DNA of 64,000 bases, from positions 7,737-71,736 of the forward strand of contig JAIEQK010000011.1 of NCBI GenBank assembly GCA_019747795.1, written 5' to 3'. Under the pieces are notes generated by a model. It made no database searches. It was not told where the DNA came from and saw only the letters and a list, made by a program, of their open reading frames with translations. The translations under genes were made by a program, and so were the position numbers. This DNA is from Gammaproteobacteria bacterium. Lineage in GTDB: Bacteria > Pseudomonadota > Gammaproteobacteria > Ga0077536. Of the stretch, positions 56,632 through 64,000 are shown piece by piece (the first letter of the stretch is position 1; each line of letters starts with the position of its first letter).

Positions 56632-58236
56632 ATGGACCAGGCAATGGCCGGCACACTTTCGCCTGATGAGGCACCCGCCGAACGCTGGCATTTCGGCATG
56701 CGCGCCCTACTGGCGGCCGCGCTCGCGCTAGGCCTGCTCGGCTTTTTGTTCCGCGACGGCATCGCGGAGCTCCTGCACCTTTGGGAAACCAAGGAGGAAT
56801 ACAGCCACGCCTATCTCCTGCCGGCCCTCAGCCTGTTCCTGTTCTGGCAGAAAAAGAACGAGCTGCTCGCCCGGCCGTGGCGCGGGTCTTGGGCGGCGGT
56901 GGGCTTGTGTGCGGCCGGTCTGCTGGTGTTCTTCGTCGGCCAACTGAGCGCGATCTTCGCCGTCATTCACTATGCGCTGTTTATCACTGCCGCCGGCGTT
57001 GTGCTGGCGTACGCAGGTACGCGCAACCTGCGTTACCTGTGGGCCGGACTGGTGCTGCTGCTGTTCACCGTGCCGTTTCCGCAGTTCCTCTACCAGGCGA
57101 TGTCGACCAAGCTGCAGCTGCTGTCCTCGGAACTCGGCGTGGCGGTCATTCGGGCGCTCGGGGTCAGCGTCTACCTCGAAGGCAATGTCATCGATCTCGG
57201 CAGCTTCAAGCTGCAGGTGATCGAAGCCTGTAACGGCCTGCGCTATCTCTTCCCCCTGGCGAGTTTCGGCTTCCTCTGTGCATACCTGTATCGTGGCCCG
57301 TTCTGGCACAAGGTGGTGATCTTCGTCTCGGTGGCACCCATCACGGTGTTCATGAACAGCCTGCGCATCGGCATCATCGGCATCACCGTCGAACGCTGGG
57401 GACAGGCCATGGCGGAAGGCTTCCTGCATGATTTCGAGGGCTGGGCCATCTTCATGGCCTGCCTAGCTGTGCTGTTCGCCGAAATCGCGATCCTTTCGCG
57501 CCTGCAGCGTCCACCGGCCAGTTTCAGCGACTCCTTCTTCGTAGAAATTCCAGCACCCACTCCGCCGGGCGCGCGTGCCCACGACCAGCCGCTGCCGGCG
57601 TCGTTCCTCGCCTGCCTGGTGCTGGTGTCGGTGTCCTGCGTGGTTTCGCTCGTGGTCGGAAACCGGCCGGAGATCACCCCACCGCGCAGCGACTTCGAGG
57701 AATTCCCACTGCAGGTGGGCGAGTGGGTCGGCAAGCGCGAAATGCTGGACAAGATCTATATCGACGCGCTCAAGTTCACCGACTATGCGCTGATCAATTT
57801 TCGCCGCGACGACAATGCGGCGCCGGTCAATTTCTACGTGGCCTATTACGGCTCACAGCGTGCCGGCGAGTCGGCGCACTCCCCGCGGTCCTGCATTCCG
57901 GGCGGTGGCTGGAAGATCGAGGGCCTGGACACGCTCGAAGTCCCGCTCAGCGCGGCGGGTGTGCCACTGCGCGTCAACCGGGTGGAAATCGGCATGGGTG
58001 ACAATCGGCAGCTAGTCTATTACTGGTTCCAGCAGCGCGGGCGGGTGATCACCAATGAATACCTGGTCAAGTGGTATCTGCTGTGGGACGCCCTCACGCG
58101 CGACCGCTCGGATGGTGCGCTGGTGCGCTTGACTACCATGGTGCCCGCCGGCGCCGAATTCAGTGTTGGTGACAAGATCCTGCAGGATTTCATCGCCTCC
58201 CTCGGCGACAAACTCGATGCTTTCGTTCCCCGCTGA
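56632..58236 (+). CDS. xrtD: Exosortase with fused EpsI domain (VPLPA-CTERM-specific exosortase D-like)
   Basis: EEYSH; EGNVIDLG..LQVIEACNGLR (catalytic Cys); NSLRI (Arg); LHDFEG (His); EpsI HSPRSCIPGGGW and YYWF. Confidence 0.85.
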   Translation: MDQAMAGTLSPDEAPAERWHFGMRALLAAALALGLLGFLFRDGIAELLHLWETKEEYSHAYLLPALSLFLFWQKKNELLARPWRGSWAAVGLCAAGLLVFFVGQLSAIFAVIHYALFITAAGVVLAYAGTRNLRYLWAGLVLLLFTVPFPQFLYQAMSTKLQLLSSELGVAVIRALGVSVYLEGNVIDLGSFKLQVIEACNGLRYLFPLASFGFLCAYLYRGPFWHKVVIFVSVAPITVFMNSLRIGIIGITVERWGQAMAEGFLHDFEGWAIFMACLAVLFAEIAILSRLQRPPASFSDSFFVEIPAPTPPGARAHDQPLPASFLACLVLVSVSCVVSLVVGNRPEITPPRSDFEEFPLQVGEWVGKREMLDKIYIDALKFTDYALINFRRDDNAAPVNFYVAYYGSQRAGESAHSPRSCIPGGGWKIEGLDTLEVPLSAAGVPLRVNRVEIGMGDNRQLVYYWFQQRGRVITNEYLVKWYLLWDALTRDRSDGALVRLTTMVPAGAEFSVGDKILQDFIASLGDKLDAFVPR

Positions 58237-58260
58237 CATCTGGCCTGTGTCGTCTCGTCT

Positions 58261-59886
58261 GTGAATACCACCCTCTTCCTGCTGCTTACCATCGCGGTGC
58301 CGACGAGCATGCTCGTCATTCCGCTGGCCTGGCGACTCGCGCCGATGTTGAACATGGTCGACGAGCCAGACGACAGCCGCAAGGTGCACTCGATCCCGAT
58401 ACCGCGCATTGGCGGCTGGGGAATCGTGGCCGGCAGCCTGCTGCCGATAGTGCTGATGTGGCACTTCGACGACGTGACCCGCGCTTACGTGCTGGGCAGC
58501 ATCGTGCTGTTCTTGTTCGGCGCCTGGGACGATGCGCGACAGCTGAGTCACTGGGTGAAGTTCGTGGGCCAGGCGCTCGCGGCCGGCGCGGTGGTGTTCC
58601 TCGGCGGGCTGTACGTCTCTCACTGGCCGTTCGTGGACGATGCCATGCCCGAGCCGCTGGCGAAGGGACTGACGGTGGTGGCGCTCATGGGTACTATCAA
58701 CGCGATCAACCATTCGGACGGACTCGACGGGCTAGCGGGCGGCGAGACGATCCTAAGCCTCATCGCCTTTGCCTATCTCGGCTACCTTAGTGGCGATGAC
58801 GTGACCGTGGGCCTAGCGATGGCCACCATGGGCGGCATTCTCGGGTTCCTGCGCTATAACACCCATCCTGCGCGCGTCTTCATGGGAGATGGCGGCAGTC
58901 AGTTCCTGGGCTTCACGCTCGGCTTCCTCGCCATCCAGTTGACCCAGGTCGGCATGCCGACGCTGTCTACAGCCTCACCGCTGTTGCTGCTCGGCTTGCC
59001 GATCTCGGACATCCTAGTCGTGCTGTACAAGCGCGCCACGGGCGGCATGAACTGGTTCAAGGCCACGCGCAACCATGTCCATCATCGCCTGCTCGACCTG
59101 GGGCTCGATCACTACGAAACGGTCGTGCTCATCTACTCCGTGCAGGCACTGTTGGTGACGCTAGCGGTCTTGCTGCGGTTCGAATCCGATTTCCTCGTTG
59201 CCGGCAGCTACCTATTTTTGATTAGTGGGCTGTTCCTCGGACTGGGCACCGCAGAGGCGCGCGGCTGGCGTAGGCGATCACTAGGACCCTCGCTGATCGC
59301 GCGCGAGATTTCGCGCCTGCGCTCGGACGGACGACTCCGCGGCGTGCCCTACAAAGCCATCACTGCCTTGTTGCCATTGTGTATGATCGGCGGCGCCACG
59401 CTCGCCGGGACGGTGCCGCGCGATTTCGGCGTAGTGGCCGGCGTACTCGCGCTGATCATGGTTGCCCACCTCGGATTCACCCGCTCCACCGATTCCGTGA
59501 TCATTCGTCTCGTAGTGTACGTCGCGGCGATTTTTTCGAGCTACCTGTTTGTGCGGTTTCAGCCCGGAGGTGACATCACCGGCGCGGCGGCGGTAGGTGT
59601 CGTGCTGGTGCTGGCCTGCGCCGTGGCGATTTTTATCCGCTACACGTCTGACGTCCGGTTCGGCGCCACGCCGACCGACTACCTGCTCGTGTTCGGCGTT
59701 ATGGCCCTGGTGATATTTGGCGGCATCGACATACGGGCGCGTGGCACAGTGCAGACGGTCATGTTCGCCATCGTCATGCTCTACGCCTGCGAGGCGGTGC
59801 TGGGTGTGGCCAATGCACGCTGGAATACCATTAACGTTTCCACCACGGTGTGTATGTTGATCCTGGCCCTGCGTGGCCTGGCGTAA
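58261..59886 (+). CDS. MraY/WecA-like undecaprenyl-phosphate HexNAc-1-P transferase with extra C-terminal membrane domain
   Basis: RKVH..PIPRIGG; DD; NHSDGLDGLA; FMGDGG; HVHHRLL. Confidence 0.9.
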   Translation: MNTTLFLLLTIAVPTSMLVIPLAWRLAPMLNMVDEPDDSRKVHSIPIPRIGGWGIVAGSLLPIVLMWHFDDVTRAYVLGSIVLFLFGAWDDARQLSHWVKFVGQALAAGAVVFLGGLYVSHWPFVDDAMPEPLAKGLTVVALMGTINAINHSDGLDGLAGGETILSLIAFAYLGYLSGDDVTVGLAMATMGGILGFLRYNTHPARVFMGDGGSQFLGFTLGFLAIQLTQVGMPTLSTASPLLLLGLPISDILVVLYKRATGGMNWFKATRNHVHHRLLDLGLDHYETVVLIYSVQALLVTLAVLLRFESDFLVAGSYLFLISGLFLGLGTAEARGWRRRSLGPSLIAREISRLRSDGRLRGVPYKAITALLPLCMIGGATLAGTVPRDFGVVAGVLALIMVAHLGFTRSTDSVIIRLVVYVAAIFSSYLFVRFQPGGDITGAAAVGVVLVLACAVAIFIRYTSDVRFGATPTDYLLVFGVMALVIFGGIDIRARGTVQTVMFAIVMLYACEAVLGVANARWNTINVSTTVCMLILALRGLA

Positions 59887-59917
59887 CGAATCTCTCATCT
59901 ATTGAGTCGACATTGCT

Positions 59918-61009
59918 ATGAGTAAGAAAATCGCGCTGATCACGGGTGTGACCGGGCAGGATGGAGCCTATCTCACCGAGTTCCTGCTCAAGAAGGGCTA
60001 CGAGGTGCATGGGCTGAAGCGGCGCGCGTCCAGCTTCAATACCGGTCGCGTCGATCACCTGTACCAGGATCCGCACGTGGAGCGGCGTAACTTCATTCTG
60101 CACTATGGCGATCTCACCGATTCGACCAACCTCATCCGAATCGTGCAGCAAGTACAGCCGGACGAGATCTACAACCTGGCAGCGCAGAGCCACGTAGCTG
60201 TGTCGTTCGAGACGCCAGAATACACGGCCAACGCGGATGCCGTAGGCACCCTGCGCTTGCTTGAGGCGATTCGAATCCTCGGACTGGAGAAGAAGACACG
60301 CTTCTACCAAGCGTCGACCAGTGAGATGTTCGGCAAGGTGCAGGAGATTCCGCAGCGTGAGACTACGCCGTTTTACCCTCGTAGCCCCTATGGCGCGGCT
60401 AAGGTTTACGCCTATTGGATTTGCGTGAACTATCGAGAGGCCTATGGCATGTTCTGTTGCAATGGCATCCTCTTCAATCATGAATCGCCGATACGTGGCG
60501 AGACATTCGTGACGCGCAAAATCAGCCGGGCGGTGGCGCGTATCAGTCTGGGTCTTCAGGCTTGCCTTTACCTCGGAAATCTCGATGCGCTCCGTGACTG
60601 GGGCCACGCGCGTGACTACGTGCAGGCAATGTGGCTGATGCTGCAACAGGATGAGCCGGATGACTTCGTTGTTGCTACTGGTCGGCAGATTTCTGTGCGG
60701 GAGTTCGTAACGCTCGCGTTCGCCGAAGTTGGGGTCAGTATCGATTGGACAGGCAGCGGACTTAACGAGCAAGGCGTTGAACGGGGCAGTGGGCGCGTTC
60801 TGGTTGCGGTTGATCCGAGGTATTTCCGCCCGACCGAAGTCGAAACCTTGCTTGGAGATCCTAGCAAGGCGCGCAGCAAACTAGGCTGGGAGGCGACAAC
60901 GTCCATCGAGGAACTCGTGAGGGAGATGGTGCGCGAGGATCGTCGAGACGCCGAGAAGGACGAGTTGTGCAAACGTGAAGGTTATCGGGTATTCGACTAT
61001 TTCGAATGA
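59918..61009 (+). CDS. gmd: GDP-mannose 4,6-dehydratase
   Basis: [34 protein letters not shown]. Confidence 0.97.
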   Translation: MSKKIALITGVTGQDGAYLTEFLLKKGYEVHGLKRRASSFNTGRVDHLYQDPHVERRNFILHYGDLTDSTNLIRIVQQVQPDEIYNLAAQSHVAVSFETPEYTANADAVGTLRLLEAIRILGLEKKTRFYQASTSEMFGKVQEIPQRETTPFYPRSPYGAAKVYAYWICVNYREAYGMFCCNGILFNHESPIRGETFVTRKISRAVARISLGLQACLYLGNLDALRDWGHARDYVQAMWLMLQQDEPDDFVVATGRQISVREFVTLAFAEVGVSIDWTGSGLNEQGVERGSGRVLVAVDPRYFRPTEVETLLGDPSKARSKLGWEATTSIEELVREMVREDRRDAEKDELCKREGYRVFDYFE

Positions 61010-61040
61010 GCCGCAATTCGAAAGCGTTGGAAGACATGAA

Positions 61041-61982
61041 ATGAACACATCGGCCAAAGTATTTGTGGCGGGTGCCCGCGGTATGGTGGGCTCGGCGATC
61101 GTTCGTGCCCTTGAGCGGCATGGCTACACGCACATCCTTACACCCTCGCGCGAGCAAGTAGACCTAAAGAATCAGAGCGCTCTGGACGCGTTCTACGCGG
61201 CGGAGAAACCTGACTTAGTCTTTGTCGCAGCGGCCAAAGTTGGTGGCATCCTCGCGAACAGCAGTTTCCCTGCGGATTTTCTCTACGACAACCTGATCAT
61301 GGAGTGCAATCTCATCCATGGTGCCTATCGCCACGGTGTCAAGAAGTTGCTCTTCCTGGGTAGCACCTGCATCTACCCGAAGCTGGCCGCACAGCCACTC
61401 AAGGAGGAGTATCTGCTGTCCGGACCGCTGGAACCGACCAATGAATGGTACGCGGTGGCCAAGATTGCTGGGATCAAGCTCTGCGAGGCCTATCGGCGGC
61501 AGTTTGGCGCCAATTTCATTTCTGGCATGCCCACGAATCTTTATGGCCCCAACGACAATTTCGATTTGTCGTCCTCACATGTGCTGCCTGCCTTGATTCG
61601 GAAGTTTGACAGCGCGCTTAGGCAGGACGCCGATGAAGTCGTGGTATGGGGGTCCGGCACTCCGTTGCGGGAGTTTCTCCACGTCGACGATTGCGCAGAT
61701 GCGTGTTTGTACTTGATGGACCATTACGACGAAGCAGAGCACGTCAATATCGGGGTGGGGGAGGACCTGACCATTCGGGAACTCGCCGAGTTGGTGGGCC
61801 GGGTGGTTGGTTTTGTCGGTCGAATTGTGTTCGACCCGTCGAAACCCGACGGGACCCCGCGCAAGCTGGTCGATACTACCCGAATCAATTCGTTGGGTTG
61901 GCGCCCGAGAATCGCTTTGGAAGAGGGTATCCGCTCCACCTACGCTTGGTACCTGGCAAACGTGCCCCGTCACGATGACTAG
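61041..61982 (+). CDS. fcl: GDP-L-fucose synthase
   Basis: GARGMVGSA; AAKVGGI; LGSTCIYP; YAVAK; PTNLYGP. Confidence 0.95.
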   Translation: MNTSAKVFVAGARGMVGSAIVRALERHGYTHILTPSREQVDLKNQSALDAFYAAEKPDLVFVAAAKVGGILANSSFPADFLYDNLIMECNLIHGAYRHGVKKLLFLGSTCIYPKLAAQPLKEEYLLSGPLEPTNEWYAVAKIAGIKLCEAYRRQFGANFISGMPTNLYGPNDNFDLSSSHVLPALIRKFDSALRQDADEVVVWGSGTPLREFLHVDDCADACLYLMDHYDEAEHVNIGVGEDLTIRELAELVGRVVGFVGRIVFDPSKPDGTPRKLVDTTRINSLGWRPRIALEEGIRSTYAWYLANVPRHDD

Positions 61983-62416
61983 CCGCCTACCGCGGGCATA
62001 GGGCCGCAGCCGTTTCCCCAGCAGCGCGATGCCGTCGCCGCTGTAGGGACGGTTCCGCGGTCAGTCGGTGCGTGAAAAAGCAAAGGTGTCTCTTCCAGGC
62101 GACACGTTTGACGACTGACCCGACGAGCTACGCCCGATGGCGCACGGCGAGCGTGCGCTATCGGCTGATCTGGTGGCACGTCAACGGCCAGGAGTTAGAG
62201 GGGTTGTTGATGACCGCAGACATAGATCGTAACGAATTGTGAACGCCGGGCGCTCACGATAGTAGAGCCGACCGGGGTGCCTTTGCGAATCAATCTGTTG
62301 GATCCAGGCTCCCGGCTTGCGCGGCAGCTCCGAACAAAACTTGAATTTCTTTCCCCACCCGTTTTGGCTACTAGGTCTCAAATCCTCTTCTTGTCGCCGA
62401 TTGTTGCTAAACAGAA

Positions 62417-62432
62417 TGGCCCGGCCATTGCT
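62417..62432 (+). promoter_or_regulatory. sigma54 (-24/-12) promoter TGGCCC-GGCCA-TTGCT
   Basis: GG-N10-GC spacing matches TGGCAC-N5-TTGCW; 108 nt upstream of the CTERM gene. Confidence 0.7.
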
Positions 62433-62540
62433 ATATTCCTGCCAGGCAAGACGGGTGCTGCAGTGCACACGTTTAGCTGAACCGCGGACCAGGACGAGCC
62501 CGCGCTGTGTTTTGGCAGAGACGATGGTAAGGAAGAAGAT

Positions 62541-62996
62541 ATGAAGCTCTTGAAAAACTACTCGATGATCAGTGCGCTGCTCGTGCTGCTGACCCTCAGC
62601 GTGGCCTCCCAGGCTCAGGTTGTGGACAGCGGCTTCAGGGCTGGTAGCTGGGCGGACTTCGGCGAAATCACGCTGGCCGCTGGCGACTATACCCTCGAGC
62701 TGTCGGCGATTGGCTCGGGTGTGCCGCTGTTGTTCGGCCTCATCGGTCAGGACGTGGCGGAAGCCTACCAGGTGGTCCTCGGTGATCTGCCAGGTACGGT
62801 TTCCAAAACGTTTACCACCGTTGGTGGCACGTTCGACTGGCTGGTTGGCGGTCCTGGCCCGTTCACCGTGTTCACCGCTTCGGTGAACAAGGTCGAGCCG
62901 ATCCCGCTGCCCTCTTCGGTCATCATGCTGGGCTCGGCGCTTGCCGCCATGGTCAGCATCGGCCGTCGTGGCATGAGCCGTCGCGCCCGCGCGTAA
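62541..62996 (+). CDS. Small VPLPA-CTERM sorted surface protein
   Basis: Signal peptide ending SQA; C-terminus PIPLPSSVIMLGSALAAMVSIGRRGMSRR. Confidence 0.85.
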   Translation: MKLLKNYSMISALLVLLTLSVASQAQVVDSGFRAGSWADFGEITLAAGDYTLELSAIGSGVPLLFGLIGQDVAEAYQVVLGDLPGTVSKTFTTVGGTFDWLVGGPGPFTVFTASVNKVEPIPLPSSVIMLGSALAAMVSIGRRGMSRRARA

Positions 62997-63014
62997 GCGT
63001 TGGGTTGACGTCTT

Positions 63015-63054
63015 GATTCGGTGCCGGCCGCCTTACGGCGGTCGGCATCGGGTC
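63015..63054. terminator. Long hairpin between convergent genes
   Basis: GATTCGGTGCCGGCCGCC-TTAC-GGCGGTCGGCATCGGGTC. Confidence 0.55.
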
Positions 63055-63107
63055 TCCCGGAGGGCCGCAACGGCGCTCCTTCCCGCACTCTCCCCCCTCA
63101 AGCTCCC

Positions 63108-64000
63108 TCAGATCTCCGACAGTAATCGCGTCAGGACGCCGTCCTTGGGACGCAATGCGCTGGCGACGATGGCATCGGCACGCGCCTGGCTGTCCGCGAC
63201 CGCATAGATACGTAGTTCGTCGGCGTTGCCGGACGGCCGCACGTGGGCGACGTCGTGATTGGCGAAGCCGAGCCGGGTGCCGTCGGTGCCATTCACCGAG
63301 ACCACGGCTGGGAAGCCATCCTCTGGGGTGAAGTACCGGGCGACGCGGCCGGCGAACTCGGCCTGCGGCTCGCCGTCGCGGGGCAGCAGGGCGGCGGCGG
63401 CGGCGAGCCCGGCGCTGCGGGGGCAGGGCCGCAGCAGGCTGGCGCGGCTGTAGCGGCGGGGCAGGGCATCGAACAGTGCGTCCACCGGGCAGCGTCGCGC
63501 CAGCGCTTCGCGCAGCACGGTGATGATGGGCAGGAAGGCGTCGCGCGTCGGAAGCGCGGGCAGCACGTGGCCGTCGCGCTCGATGTCGGAGCCGGTGAGA
63601 AAGCCGCCGTTGGCCTCCCAGCCGCACACGCGGCGCGCGCCCCGCGCGCGGGCCGCCAGCATGCCGGCGATGACGTAGGGCGAGCCGATGCGGGTCTTGG
63701 GTTCGAGCAGGGTCGCGAGCGGCCCGCGGTCGATGGCGTCGTTGCAGCTCACCGGCACCACCACCCGATCGGCGCCGAGTGCCGCGGCGACCACCATGCC
63801 GACCAGGTCACCACCGTGGAAGCGCGCCGTTGGGCGCCCACTGTCGTCGTAACGAAGGCCAAGGATCAGGGGACGATCGGAGTCGCCGTCGGTCGAGACC
63901 AGGGCGTCGAAGCGTGCGCTACCGCCGCTGGCGGCGATGGCGAGTGCGGTGAGCTCGTCCAGGGTCGAGTCGTCCAGCGCCTCGGTGTCGATGGGCACGA
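63108..64000 (-). CDS. Phosphomannomutase/phosphoglucomutase family, C-terminal part (5'-truncated)
   Basis: Metal loop DGDSDR; GWEANGG; RPSGN..ELR.Y. Confidence 0.9.
   Translation of the reverse strand, partial: VPIDTEALDDSTLDELTALAIAASGGSARFDALVSTDGDSDRPLILGLRYDDSGRPTARFHGGDLVGMVVAAALGADRVVVPVSCNDAIDRGPLATLLEPKTRIGSPYVIAGMLAARARGARRVCGWEANGGFLTGSDIERDGHVLPALPTRDAFLPIITVLREALARRCPVDALFDALPRRYSRASLLRPCPRSAGLAAAAALLPRDGEPQAEFAGRVARYFTPEDGFPAVVSVNGTDGTRLGFANHDVAHVRPSGNADELRIYAVADSQARADAIVASALRPKDGVLTRLLSEI

Overview
High-GC bacterial (probably proteobacterial) window with three blocks. (1) 1-3993 is the 3' part of a giant filamentous-haemagglutinin-like protein with a DUF3739-type C-terminus. 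Its apparent partner operon lies on the minus strand at 19062-32088: TpsB/FhaC barrel, DUF2341-LamG-ExbB, ExbD, TonB, putative porin, coiled-coil protein, two tandem Cys-rich PstS/DING-like proteins and a VPLPA-CTERM protein. Four promoters in that block share an identical Pho-box-like architecture. (2) 4082-18936 is an arsenic/organoarsenical resistance island: arsR-arsD-arsA-acr3, arsC-gapdh-arsJ, a Cys-rich MarR, an ArsN2-flavin monooxygenase fusion, an ArsK-like MFS, a CMD/AhpD protein, an ECF sigma factor with a downstream mini-operon including a degenerate ArsC-VOC fusion, and an ArsR-SMR-SMR-AlkB-like module. (3) 32471-64000 is a Wzx/Wzy exopolysaccharide cluster with an exosortase D-like gene, gmd/fcl, manC, a second VPLPA-CTERM gene with a sigma54 promoter, and a partial phosphomannomutase. 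A REP/BIME-like array lies at 26336-26879. I saw no rRNA, tRNA, CRISPR array, integrase or transposase. All family assignments come from motif recognition by eye; no database searches were run.
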